A stretch of 64,000 nt of DNA from Lingula anatina (taxonomy: Eukaryota > Animalia > Brachiopoda), in assembly GCA_051362555.1 (NCBI GenBank), contig CM120642.1:3596001-3660000 (forward strand). Reading direction: 5' to 3'. Within the stretch, counting starts at the first letter, position 1. Every line of letters begins with the position of its first letter. Position numbers and translations under genes: made by a program. The notes under the pieces are model-generated. The model ran no database searches, was not told the origin of the DNA, and saw nothing but the letters and a program-made list of their open reading frames with translations. Shown piece after piece: positions 50,705 to 63,951 of this stretch.

Positions 50705-53700
50705 TTATCGTGTAAATATAGATGTCAGCACCAGCAGGAAACCCAAAACGAGCGCCTTTGCGCTGGCTTTCACTGCAGAACAATGTGCGTCGCCATCTGA
50801 GCCAACGCAATGGCAACACGTGAACCTCGAGTTCGGATCCCATGTCTTCTTTACTCCCTCAAGTCTGAAATAAAATAATTCAAAAGTAAAAAAGAAGAAA
50901 AATGGAGACAGCAATACGAAAACTGATAACATTATCAATATCACTATCTGATAAGGGACTTCAAGCATACATGTAATTGTTTAAATGGTGCAAGCTATCA
51001 CTGAACACATGGGACAGAAAAACATGTTCACTGAGCAGACCCAGATAAGTATTTTTTTTTTGTTTTTCGATCTTATCTTCTCTTTAATTACATTTTAACG
51101 TTTTTTAAAATTTGTATACCATAAATGGAGTCAAATAAATACATAAATAATGTTACCTTGAATATTTGGTCCCCCAATACTGAGTTCTCCAGTTACTGAG
51201 CCGAGAGGATGGTTCGTTGTAGTAAACCCCTGTAGAATAATTATGAACTGTTGCAGGTTTGTCATGAAATGTTCGTCTTAAAAAACTGTTATTTGTACGA
51301 TTACAAACAATTTTTAATGTAACAGCTTAAAATAGGCCTATATCGAATACTGAACAAGAGCTTGCATAATTTAATATGTCAATTTGTAATGACGTTGTTT
51401 TTCCTTAATGATATGCAATATTTTTTAATCGGGCGATTGGCGGATACACAATTTTGCTGGTGGTGGAGGAAGAGGGCAAATAGTAGATGAAGGCAATTAA
51501 ATTGTTAAGTTCGCCAATGATATGTGTTTTGGGGGTGGAAAAGGGGGAGTAAGAGGAGGGGTGAGCGGATACATGCCCTGCCCCCCCCCCCCCCCCCCAA
51601 ATTCCCCTGGACCCGCCGCCGAATACATACCGTTTCCTTTCGCAATCATTTCGTTTTGGAACGGCAGCATAAAATCTATGAAAGTTCCGTCCATGTAGGC
51701 CAAGGAATCGGGCCACGGGAGTCCGCAAGACATAGACATAAAACTGTTCCTCAGCGCATCGCCGACCGACGAGGAGTCGGATGAATACTCCGTGGCTTTC
51801 CCTGAAAACGAAGTACACAAGGGACAGTGAAAATAACTTAGACACTTGCTAAAAGAAGTCTTTTTTGTATAGAATATGCCCATTTTCCCTACAAAAGGAT
51901 CCAGCGTGTATTTGTAGATCTTAAAGAAAAAATAATACAGGGGCTCCAGTGCAAATTAAAATTTGGACATATCACAGAACTACCTGTACGTGGGATGAAT
52001 GAAAAGTTTTGAGCCCGACCAAAAAAGTGCAGGGAGTGATTTTCCATCATTTATATTCAGATATAGGTCCACTTCTCTTGGTCATGCCTGAAATTGACTC
52101 TCTGCGTGCATGGCTGCAGGAACAATAAATGAGTGAAGTGAGCAGGGGTGTGTCAGATTGCCACACTCACTAGTTTATGTCCATTTTGCAAATCTGACAC
52201 ACCCCTACTCTCTTCTATCATCTACCAGGGCCGCAGATTAATTATGTGCATTCTTCTGTAGTTCGGCAAAGAATTGTGTCATAAATTAGCCAGATACATA
52301 TGTGTGAAAATTTAGTGAAAAAATCAATCCGTGACTATGGTAGAGGGTAACTCTCTTCCCTGACATGGTGTGTAAAGCAAACAACACGATATATGTAAAT
52401 ATAATCATAGGAAAAAAAAACAGAACTACTTTACCTCCTATCAGAACACCGGTACACCCAATGAAATACTTGCTATCATATGCCTTCTGGTAATAGGTCT
52501 CTATGATGTCAGTCAGACCGTTGTCAAAGCTGCTGCTCGGCAGAAGGCTGTTGAAGATGTAAACTCTCGAAAAAGAGCCTTTATCGTGGATGTCCTTTCG
52601 ATAGTCCCACCACCGGGTGTAGTTTTTGATAGAGCAGTCGCCATATCGCCAGTCAGAGCGGTAACTTTTAATGGTCTCCATGTAAGGGTTGGCGAAGGAC
52701 AGGTTCCCGAATATTTCAAAGGCCAAGGTCACCAGTCCCTCAGTCGGTATGTACACATAAGGAGGGTTGTACTGAAGCGGTGTGTGAATCTAAATACAAA
52801 GAACATTTCACCTTTTACTTGCATTATTTACATGATTTACATGCAATTGGAAACAACGGTGAAATATTTCTTCGCTCAGAACCCTAGGTAACATCAATTT
52901 TCTTAAACAAGAACATATTTTTTTATAGTCTGAAAAGTATTCAAAGAAGTTCAGAAACACAACAACAAATTTCAGGATAAAAATACGCAATACTCAAAGA
53001 CCAAAACTCTCGCTTTATTCGGATATCTTCTTATTTTTCACGTTTCATACAATATTCAAAATCTTTCGTAAATCTCTCTAACACATGAGCTTTGAAGTCT
53101 AAAAGATTTTCACAAAACTATAAACATAATAATGAGATATTACTTACCAATTGTCGCTTGTAAAATCCACAACTGGCTCAATTTTCAGCCTTTTTATGTA
53201 ATTTGATTTTATTCAAACACGTCCTGTGTGCCAGTAGATTAGGCTTTGTTCTACCTGTTCATACCTACCCCCCTCCCCCAAAAAATTCTAAAAGCACAAA
53301 TCCCAAATCTGAAGTAAAATTTACCAGACAGAAAAAAAGTGAAATAAATACTCACCAAATAATATCCACCAAATTCGTTAGGAAGTGTGGTGATAAAAGA
53401 ATTAAAATAATCCATAATGGTCGGTCCAACCATCTGACCACTGGCACGATACCTGTAACTACACCTGGAAGCAGAGAGGATGAGCCAATGTAATGTAGTG
53501 TTAGCATATATAAGCATCTAATCTGAAGTACGTCGCGCGCGCACGCACACAGACACTCACACACACACTGGTTAGAAATTAAAAAATAAAGTAATCTGCA
53601 CAAGTAATAAAGAAATCATCACAAATCAATTAACAAATGAAGCAGTGATAAATTTACCCAAACCGGATTCACTCCTGTCATAATAACACTACCACTGCGT

Positions 53701-55409
53701 GACCGTGACTTACGTTGCATAAACAAATCCATCCGCAGGCGGGTCGTGGATCCTGTATTTAATTCGAGTGACCACACCAAACGTGCTGCCTCCGCCGCCG
53801 CGCAGAGCCCAAAACAAGTCAGTGTTAGTCGAAGTATTGACCACGCCGTTCTTGTCGACCAGCACTGTGGACGATGAGGTCAGGTTGGCGATGTATCCCT
53901 CGGCAGTCACGACCGAGATTTCCAGGACGTTGTCCACGGCAAGCCCGAGTTTCCTGGTGAGGGGGCTGTGACCGCCCCCCATAGTGTACCCCGCCGGAGA
54001 GACCGTCTCCGAGCTGCCGCCAACGATGAGTTTGTTGTATTTCCCACTGACCTGGAAGGAACATTTTGAAAGGCATACAACGCGCGTTAGACCTTTAATA
54101 TAGAAAAAACTAATACATCTAAAGAGGCTAGGGTCTCTAACAAAACGCACACGTCATTAGTTAAACGGGTTAAAACCACATATAGTGGAAAGACTGCACA
54201 AGACATGCATCTGGGGGTATGCAGCTAATCATAATGAAAAACCACTGCCAAAATATGGCATTATATATTCATTCTTTAAGCCTTTGATTTGACCGTTGAA
54301 TTACTTTAATTTGCCTGCGATGTGCTAATTATCTATTACATGTAATATAACTGTCATAATTTCAAAATAATTTTTGATGTAATTATCGCCGACCTCCTCG
54401 TATATTGCCCCCCAGAGGTTCCCCATCTCTGTGGTGGCAGACATCCCTGTGTCGCTGGCCGAGTCATTGAGGTTCACTTTGAGATACTTCATCTTGCTCA
54501 TGTTGATCTGTATATTGTTGGCGGCGGTGTTCCTCCCGATGTAATCGTGGCCGGAAGACACCACGGAGATCCTAATGTTGAATTCGTTGGCGAAGACAAT
54601 CACCTTCTGGACATCCTGGTCGGTATAGGGTTCAACGATGATGGCTGTAAAAGATGCAGCACACATGGAATACTAATTTTCTATAATCCCTGAACGTTTA
54701 TTATTTATTTATTTATTTTTTAATAAACATCAACACATTAGATCTTCTTTACCTCATTTATGCATTAATCATTCACTACATTTTTCATTTTAGCATTTTT
54801 ATGTTTCTGATAATTAACGAGTTGTGGATTCAATAATTTCACCACTTTATCAAAACATTCAGAAAGAAAATTTGTTGACTGGATTATCTTGCAATTGTGT
54901 AAATGCTTAGGCTGCAAAACGTGTATTTTAATATCTAAAGTTAAAACTTTCTTTTCTCAAACAACACACATGCCGGTTGATAAGCACACGGGAGATTTTT
55001 TTGGGTATAATAATTCTTTCTGTCACTTCTTTGTTTTGCATCTTTGGATCTTTCAATTTTAGAAATCGACACTTTTTACTTAAGCATAAATCTGGTTAAA
55101 AGTTAAGTTTATGAAAAAATTACAACAAAAAATAATAAGATAAAAACTACAGGCTATAAACACAACAATCACTCCAATAACAAAAAAACAAAATTTTTGC
55201 TTACCGGGTTTTTCAGCATATCGTGTATTGTAAACGACTTTCGCTATTGCAGAAAAATTGGTGTCGCCTGTAAGATAAAGCTTTCCGCTCAATGACGCCT
55301 TCAGCTGTGCCTGTCGCGAGGAACTGGGCCAACAAGATTCGTCGGACGTGCAGTAACCATGGCACAATCCAAGGTTCGCCACAAACACAACAAATAACGG
55401 CACAATCAT
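50705..55409 (-). CDS. Secreted FAD-linked oxidoreductase, berberine bridge enzyme-like (FAD_binding_4 plus BBE), about 553 aa; exons 55205-55409, 54394-54644, 53714-54051, 53356-53464, 52435-52789, 51631-51801, 51157-51229, 50705-50864
   Basis: Signal peptide, CTSDESCWPS, SSGHDY flavinylation motif, GYTMGGGHSPLTRKLGLAVDNVL, DLFWALRGGGGSTFGVVT, GVYYNE..NWRTQYWGTKYSRLEGVKKTWDPNSRFTCCHCVGS; exon phases are consistent. Confidence 0.92.
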
Positions 55410-56477
55410 AGTTTACGATACAAAATGTACCGAAAGTATGCAAGTACCACCTTTTCGTGGGGAATCTGAAATAATAATAATAATAATAATTAAGAATTAC
55501 GTTGTTGACTCGAAGCACATTGGTCCTCTTTTTAAATATATGGTTTGAAACGAAGTAAAGACATTTCTTAAATTTTAATTGGTTTTTGGTCTACCTGGAG
55601 TTATATTTCCGTTTTAAAATTAGATCTACTCTTGAACACTTCACCTTCACCTCAACTTGGACTGCATGCGAATCGTCTTATTTGCATGATCAATAAAAGT
55701 ATTTTGCATGTTCTATTCCATATGCTTTGGCACATTGCCAGATTCTTCAAATTGCAAACTCATTTCAAAGACTGGCGCTTCGATCCCCACAAAGTAAACT
55801 GTTTGAATATTGGCGTCCTATTCCAATGAAAGAGCTCGACACGCAAAGTACATGTAAACAAAACGCCTTTTTTAAGTGTCGGTTTAATTTTAACGTTTGC
55901 AACGTCATGAAAAAAAAATAATGATTTTACTTGCCCTGCCCTGGATCCATATTACGAAGTTTGCAGTCAGGGATGCCTAGAAGGCTTTATTTTGGCTAAC
56001 ATGTAACTATAACTCAATATAGATATAATTGATACCCGATGCAAATGTATATGGGCATGATTGGCACTGCCATCTTAATTAGCTTAAATTTGTTATTTGA
56101 ATAATTACAACAACTTGTACAAACATTAATCCTAAGCACTCACGGTAGGCCTAAAGATGGAGTAAAAATACTGGCTTTTTGAATATTTTCATGAGGTAGG
56201 GCCTATAAACAGACATAAAACAAACAAATCAGTTAATAAATAAGCTAACATTTATACAATTTATCTCTGGCATTTCATTTTACAACCAGTTGCAAAATAA
56301 CTCTCTACCAAGCAAGTCAGCAGATTAACTGCGTGTACTTATCTCCAGCGCTATAACAGTGGAAAATGTGCCATGTAATAGGCAGAGATATAAAATCTGT
56401 TAATATCTAGGGAAAATCAATCTGTAGCCCAGGTAGAGGGTATAATAAAATGCTGTGGGTTGCGAAATGCGGTGCTT

Positions 56478-56675
56478 TTAGAGAGCATTCACATCGAGAA
56501 GAGCCGAGGTCTAGTAAGGCCGAGACCTAAATATGGCGGACCTACATGAAAGGAAAACCGCGTAATCCTTTAATGGTCTCTCAATGCATGTCACTGAATG
56601 TCATTGAGAGACCATTAAAATTAAAGGTCTCGGCCTTGCTAGACCTTGGCTCTTCTCGATGTGAATGCTCTTTTA
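56478..56675. mobile_element. MITE with about 48-bp TIRs (Harbinger-like)
   Basis: agagcattcacatcgagaagagccgaggtctagtaaggccgagacct ... aggtctcggccttgctagaccttggctcttctcgatgtgaatgctct. Confidence 0.75.
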
Positions 56676-58597
56676 GTAGAGGCGCATTTTTAAAAACCGC
56701 AACGGAATTTGCATGCAGTTTCTTCTTTCCTGTTTTCCAAGTACAGTGTTTGTTACCGTTCGAAGAACAAAATAATATAAGACCACTTTGGAACTGCATA
56801 ATTGCCCAAGGCTGTGGAGCTGACACAGTGCATCGGTGCGGTTTCATTATGTTTGCCGCTCGTGTATGTAATATAAATCTAAAATATCCAAAATCACCAA
56901 CGGTCTTTTTTCCAGGCCGAAAAGCTCCTTGTAAAAACATTTCACCCACGTAATGGCAACTTTATAGACCCTTTCACAGCCGACACAAGCACTTCTTACA
57001 ATAAAACAACTGTCAACAAATTAACTACCAACATTTGCATTTTTACGTCAAAATGCTTTTTTTCTTACCCATCCGTAAATGAACTGCTCGAAACGCCCAT
57101 GACGTCATGTCGTTCGAGAGCCCGTGACACGTTTATATGTTTCGCAACAAAATATCACTGCCTAAGTCTAATAATACTAGATGTCATCATTTTGCTTTTT
57201 TAATAAACTCAACACCCTAGTTATAACAAGTAGACAAACAATAACATTTCTTTCGCTGGAATTCAGTATATTTTGAAGAGCTGATGGGGGAGATGTATAC
57301 ATTATTTATTCATAATGGAGGTAATTGTGGTTTCGACACTGCCATAATTGTGGAACTGACACTGAACACAGGTCTTTTCTGAACTACCCGGGGGTATTTT
57401 CCACGCTACGCACCACGTGTTCATGCTTTCTCCATCCTACATTGACACATACCCTCAATATTATGTCCTTTGTTATCAAGTACCATAGAATTTTTTGTAA
57501 GTGAAGACTTTACAGTTAAGCCAATATAATTATCACCGATCGATTAACGTGCAGCTTTTTCATAGATAATTTGAGGCCATGGCTTAAGTATACGTGTAGA
57601 TCGACTATAAAGCAATATATTACAGTGCGTACAATGGTGACCTAAAAGTCGATATTTGTTTTGAAGGACATATAAACTGTCATCTCTCTCTCTTTCTCTC
57701 TCTTTTCACGCAGACCCTGGCGTTTAAGCAACTGATATTATCGAGAAGCCATAACTGGCCGTGCCAAGACTGTCGAAGCGTCACCCATGCATACAGCCCC
57801 TGAACAAATGCCTCTCACCTGCCATGATCACCTGTTCTCACGCCAACTGACCACAGCTTTCAGCGGTCACTTACCTTCGGTATTTTGATTGCCTCACCAA
57901 ACACCGTCTTGTTATGCAGATCCTTTGTGTTAGCCTCAGTAGAAGAATTGGCACTGCTGTTGTAATGTATGTGACAACCTAATGGGATGATACTAGGCGT
58001 GGCAATGCTGATAAGAAGAAGAGACTCTCTGCACTACCGATCTTTTTCCAACACGTATATACAGCAAATCAGGTGACCTGATAAAGCAGCGGAGTTACAA
58101 TTTCGCAATGCTGCGTTGCTATTAATAGCACATTGTGTTTACAATGAATTAAAAGGTATTCTTACCTGGTTTGACCCCTTTTTATCGATCGGCGTATCAG
58201 CCCCCGTCCAATATTTTGCAACACCTTGAAATGTTGCTATTGCGCGAGGTAAACGCACCCGAGTTTCATAGGGCGCTGAAAACTCACATCTCCGTCATCA
58301 GCAAGTCTGTGCCGTTTCCAACATTCGCTTAACAGAGAGATAACTTTTCAGTGACCTCCAGAACTAAAGGGGGGGGGGGGGGGGGGGGGGGAGGGAGGGA
58401 CGCATCGCAATGGTGCTTGGTTTCACGAAAGGCAAAATGGGTGACGATGTTATGTAAATATTGCCACCGTGAAATATTATTGTTGTAAAGTAAAGGTTAT
58501 GGAGTAAGCCAACATGATACACACATATTTCCATGACGATCCGGCTGTTCTACGTATTTTGGGGTTGTGAGATAGAGGGGAGTAGACATTTCAAAAC

Positions 58598-58941
58598 TTA
58601 AAGGGATAATATAACAACTGTTCATTTTGACCAAAAAATGAATTTTCCTGGGGTAAAGCACAATTTCCCCGTACTTACCAATGGTTAATGAATCCCTTCC
58701 GACATTCAAAGTTAGTCCCTGTTTTTTTCTTAAGAGTTTGGTTTTCTATAACATTTTCTTAAGAGATTATTACGGAGTTTAGCCATCTATGGATTTCAAG
58801 TAATGTGGGCGCAAGCACAAATTCCAGAATTATTGCGTTAACTGCCGTTCTGGTGGTGAAATAGAATTTATTATATTTCAATGACTTGTTTAAAATGTAT
58901 TGTGAAACATGGATTTCATACGAACAGTTGTTATCCCTTTG
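58598..58941. mobile_element. Second, more diverged copy of the TTAA-flanked MITE at 16779-17123, in opposite orientation
   Basis: ttaaagggataat ... gttatccctttgaa; shared internal cttaccaatggttaatgaatcc and ttcaaagttagtccctg. Confidence 0.7.
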
Positions 58942-59082
58942 AATATGTTTTTAAAATGTTATTGAAGAATTAGGCTTACCTTAAATGCAAAAGCATTACC
59001 ATGTTATGCGAAAAAGTAATCGTTTATATATACGTGGATGTACATGTGTGGTATGACAGTCAGCACACACAAGTCGAGGTTT

Positions 59083-59118
<36 letters not shown>

Positions 59119-59262
59119 GGAAAAAATACAAAAGCCCACATATACCAAGTATGGGTCACCTTAAGATATAAAAAATTTAAATCAATTACAAAAACGCTGG
59201 GGATATGGGCTGAACAACAAGCCCCTGCAATCATTTTGTATTGTCCGTCTTTTTTCCCAACC

Positions 59263-59306
<44 letters not shown>

Positions 59307-59430
59307 CAGACCTGCACTCGCGCCCGCACACATACACTCGAGGAGCGAGAGAACCTATATTTGTATAGCACTACTATTGTGGGGAGTTGGCAAATGCCTT
59401 ACCGAGACCTATCTTGAGGTCAAGACAGAT

Positions 59431-59703
59431 TTAAGGCGCATTCCCAATGAAACTATTGTTTCCTGTATATCGATCCAACTCCGCGGGGACATTAGCTGAA
59501 TACAATCAGATTGGCAAAACAACACGCCTCCTGTTACGCCTCCTGTTTTCAACATACTCGTATAATCACCAATTTTTTTTCGTATTCTACTTAAGGCCAA
59601 GAGGAGGCGTGTTAATCTCTGAATCTGATTGCATTCAGCAAGAGTCCCCCGCGGAGTTGGATCGATCTACGCAGAGCAATGGTTTCATTGGGAACGAGCC
59701 TTT
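59431..59703. mobile_element. Foldback MITE about 100 bp upstream of MGST exon A
   Basis: ttcccaatgaaac..atcgatccaactccgcgggga ... tccccgcggagttggatcgat..gtttcattgggaa inverted arms. Confidence 0.75.
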
Positions 59704-59807
59704 AGATATCGGAATTTGGTTCAAATGTTTTCAGAGTCAATAACTGGGACGCTCACGTTTCCCCCTTGCCAGAGTAAACGAGTTTGCAGACCAGAAACGG
59801 CATCGAG

Positions 59808-59927
59808 ATGGCAGAGCTTAACTTGTCAAATGAAATTTATGCAAATTTCGTGTTTTATGCCGCGTTGGTGGTGTTGAAAATGATGCTGATGTCTCTTCTG
59901 ACGACCGCGAAAAGGATGGCTACAAAC
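59808..59927 (+). CDS. MGST1: Microsomal glutathione S-transferase 1-like, first coding exon variant A (TM1)
   Basis: MAELNLSNEIYANFVFYAALVVLKMMLMSLLTTAKRMATN, 120 nt, followed by a GTAAGT phase-0 donor; missed by the ORF track. Confidence 0.82.
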
Positions 59928-60573
59928 GTAAGTACGGAGTTATGGCATCTGACCAGTAAATAGCTGTGGTATAATTATTATTTTTATAAGTTCTAATAGC
60001 GTTCATAATCATATTGTAGCTTTGCACCGCGATGGTTTTGTATTAGGTTCATTATCATAGATATGTGAGTATATGGATCCATGGTCATACCATTCGCCCC
60101 CGTTAAAAGGCTTTTTAAAACATTCACAAACGCCATATTTTAAGTGGAGTAACCTAGCTAGACCCATTTCTGTACAGCATCAGTTCGAATGGTTCTTATA
60201 TGTAAGAATCTACAAGAATTTATTTCCATTTTCAAGCCACGATGTAACACTCAAATTAATCCCGGGGGTGGGGGGTGGTGGTTGCTGTCCGTTTATGTGA
60301 CTCTGCCACGTAATAACCAGACTACTAAGTTGTCAACATCTGATCGATGTGAAAAGGGACGTTTTCATAACATCCATGTGTGCGACTGAACATTGAACTG
60401 ATAACCTATTTTCATTTCACTTCCACTACATGGCCAATGCGCGAGTCACAGAAAGTATATCCCAAGATAATTTAATGCACAGAGTCCGGCTTGGTGTTAA
60501 ATAAAAATAAATTAACACATCAAGGGGTTATCCTTGAGCAGACTAACGCGTCTCCTCGTTTCCAACCTACCAG

Positions 60574-60612
<39 letters not shown>

Positions 60613-60915
60613 CTTTATCTCTGTACATTTTCCCCAGCTCAGTCTGGTGCAGAAAGTATGAATAAAGCATATATAATAGGCCTATATATCCTCCTTTTGC
60701 TCCCGGACACCGGTAACACTTAACACTTAAAATGCATCAAGACACGGAAATAATTTCAGCCTCCGGACACCTGACAGCGTCATCTAACCCGCATAACTTT
60801 CTGACCTACTTAAAGAGGCTGATGTCGTCCGTTACGACATTCACCTCGTCACTTCATTGTCGTTCTCAGTCCCTAGGGCCGACCTGGATCCGGATATCCT
60901 GCATTACATTCCACG

Positions 60916-60943
60916 CTGACTCGGCAACTTTTTAGTATATAAA
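60916..60943 (+). promoter_or_regulatory. Antioxidant response element plus TATA box for MGST exon B
   Basis: TGACTCGGCA (TGACnnnGCA) at 60917-60926, TATATAAA at 60936-60943, ATG at 61013. Confidence 0.6.
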
Positions 60944-61012
60944 GAGACTACTACGAACCGGAGATAGGTAAAACTTGTATACCTTGAAGAAGCTGCTCAA
61001 AAAGAAGAAAAC

Positions 61013-63805
61013 ATGGGTTTGCTGGAGTTGGATAACGAAGTATTTGCTGGGTTTGCCTTCTACGCAGCACTATGCCTGCTCAAAATGATGGCGATGTCTC
61101 TGCTGACGGTCAGGAATAGGATATCTAAGGACGTAAGGCTTCACTTTATTTTTCTAAAATACGATCATTGTAGTTTGAATAGTTCACCACCGATTCACAG
61201 GTAACTTAAAATGCAAATTTGGCTTGCTCAAGGGATAAGAAATTAAAATATTAAACATTTCTAGTCGTTGTTACTTATTATTTCTTAGATGTATTTTTAT
61301 TAATTTCACTAGCTCTTAGTGATCATTGATATGAATGTATTATATAAATATTTATCGTAGGTATTGTTCTATTTGACTAAGAAACGAGGATTTAAACCAT
61401 ACCAAGCTGCTCAATGTTGCACATCAAGGAATTGTAAAATTCGTAATCACCACATCTGACTGACCTATTTCTACTCTGTACTCTCAGTGTAGCAGGCCAA
61501 AGCCCACAGGGGGTGACCTGCAAACTAAATAATAACATTGCGTTCCTTTCAGCATATAACAATTACGATATAGGCCTAACTCTTGTCGTTCATACATGAT
61601 GTGTTATTCGAAAATTAAGGCAGCTCATATTGCAGAGGCCACATTGAGAAGAAAGCCATTGGAAGAATGTGCATGAGAATGACCGATATATTTTACTGTT
61701 TTTACTAACTTTACTAACTTCAACTGTTCACACATTTCTTGGCCGAAATTTCTCGTACACTGGTGGACATAGCATTTTAAGGGGGTGGGGCCCACCCCTT
61801 CCCGCCCATTGATTTGAAAACGTGTTCGTTCATGTACAGCCCGTACAATTATGAATGACTTTTTTCTAAGGAATTTAGCTGTTTTGAAAAGGGGTTGACG
61901 ACGGCTTGGGGGATGGAAGGGGGGGGGGGCGCCTGGGCCTGCTTTGCCTCTTCCCGTCCGGTATATCAGACACTTTTATGAAAAAGATATTTCATTGATT
62001 TAGTCGATGCAGTAAAGCGGACGCGCATCCATTCGTGACACAAGTGGCCTATACAGGATACGACATTCACAGTTGAAAAACGCCCAAAATAACTCATTGT
62101 ATAATACGCGCTGGAATATATGGGTAACTGCCAATGTGGTGTATAAAATTCCTTACTCGCATTTTAAATTATACAATTATCGACATTGGTTGAGGATGAT
62201 ATGTTGTTTTGCTCCTCGGTCGATATCACTTTTACGAGATCAGCAAAATAAACAAATTGACCTCAACCAAAGTCGAAAATTGTATTATGTATGACTTTAT
62301 CGTATTTTATGCCAACTATATAATACTATAAAATACATGTACTCATATGGTGTTTGACCTTGGACTAATCATTTAAATGAAAGTTGGTGGTAAGCCCAAA
62401 ACTAAATTTTTCCCAAATAAAATCAGACTGTAAAAGGTGGAAAATTAAGTAAAAGTTTTTGTGGGTGTTGGTCCATAAAAGAAGAATCCCGGCGCTAAGA
62501 TAATTACAGCTGTAAGCCTTGCCATTAAGTCATTTTATATTTTTAAACCGGATCTGAGAATAAAAGTGTTTTAATAAGGATATAAAGAGGGGGCAAAAGA
62601 ACGTGTTGCTCTCCTTCTGTTGAATAATATGAAAAAGGGCTACTATCGATTCACCTATCACCGGCGACGTCTAACCCTAAAAACATATAGTTTTAGAATC
62701 CGCTGAAGCGCATTTAAATTTGATTTTATTTAGAGTTGACAAAGAATTGAGCTTTATCAGCTATTTGCCGATTCCGACCAAATCGCATGCTGCGATTTCT
62801 TTTTCTTTTCTTTAGAAAAATTCACTTCCGCCAAGTTTTCCTTTTATTTCGCTAATGGAGTGGTGCGATTTGGAGTTATATTCTAAATAGCCCACCGTTT
62901 ACACCATTTTAATTTGCTTTCGTGTCGGCAATTGTGCAGATTCTTTACATTGATAACCAGTAATGATAATGTAGATGATGCACAGTCACTGGCTATCATA
63001 AATCTCGCAGCCAGCTTGGTCCCAAAGCTAGATGATGGGAATGCTATAATGTAAATAACTGATACATATCTCCATCTTTTCTTGACGTCACTACATCCGG
63101 GTAATTTCAGTGATAAAAAGAGATCATGACAATGATTTACGATGATTCATTTTACTCAAGCTTTCTTTCCTGTAGAAAGGAAATGTTCAATTAAGAAAAG
63201 AACACCAAATATCTGTGAAAGGTGAGATGCGGAAAAGGGCCATGATACTTCAGAAAAATACGCATAAAGGAAAGTGTCTTCTTAAAATTAGAAAGGACCC
63301 AACACGGGGACTATAATGGTGTCGTTTTCACACCATCTCACACACAGTTTTCACCGTAAATACATTTTCAAAACAACAACTAATATGAGATGTTTTGGGA
63401 AAAAGTAACGTGTTACTCTACTGACTCCACCCCTCCACCTTCCTGTCATCTTCCTCATTGCTTTTTTACGAGGCACAGATAAGCTGTGACAAATATTTCC
63501 TGGGCGAATGGTATGACCATATAAAATTTGACCATTGTATTATTTAAGTTTTGTAAATGGCTCTTGAACAATTAATTTGTCTTTTATGCTCTGGAAAGTG
63601 CACCCACTTTAGAGCACAATGAAATTACTTAAACACCACAGTATAGAATTCTATTAAGTAGTTAAGTGTGTAATTAGATACTGGAATAACGTCAGACCAG
63701 AGTTTTGTCCGTTTCTCAGGTATTCGTCACTCCAGAGGATTGCGCTTCCGTAAAAAAAGGACTCAAACCCATTTTTGGCGATGAGAGAGTTGAGCGCGTA
63801 CGGAG
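61013..63805 (+). CDS. MGST1: MGST1-like, first coding exon variant B (61013-61132) plus second exon (63720-63805); the gene continues beyond the window
   Basis: MGLLELDNEVFAGFAFYAALCLLKMMAMSLLTVRNRISKD|VFVTPEDCASVKKGLKPIFGDERVERVR; the VFxxPEDC and DxRVERVR motifs and intron positions match MGST1/MAPEG genes. Confidence 0.9.
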
Positions 63806-63907
63806 GTGAGGGTATTTAATTTGGTGTCATCATGGTAATTTGACCACTTTGGTTTGGACCTTCAGGGGCAACTGTGGTCACGTAACAAACCTCATTTCAA
63901 ATATGTG

Positions 63908-63951
<44 letters not shown>

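Noticed and set aside
53148-53190. Possible extra exon in the oxidase gene (strong minus-strand GTAAGT donor)
   Set aside because: The flanking exons already join in phase 0; the candidate acceptors are weak and give a stop or a frameshift
56546-56953. 135-aa and 122-aa ORFs on opposite strands
   Set aside because: They overlap a MITE arm and show no protein family features
59038-59499. 153-aa ORF
   Set aside because: Built from poly-A, (CT)n and MITE sequence
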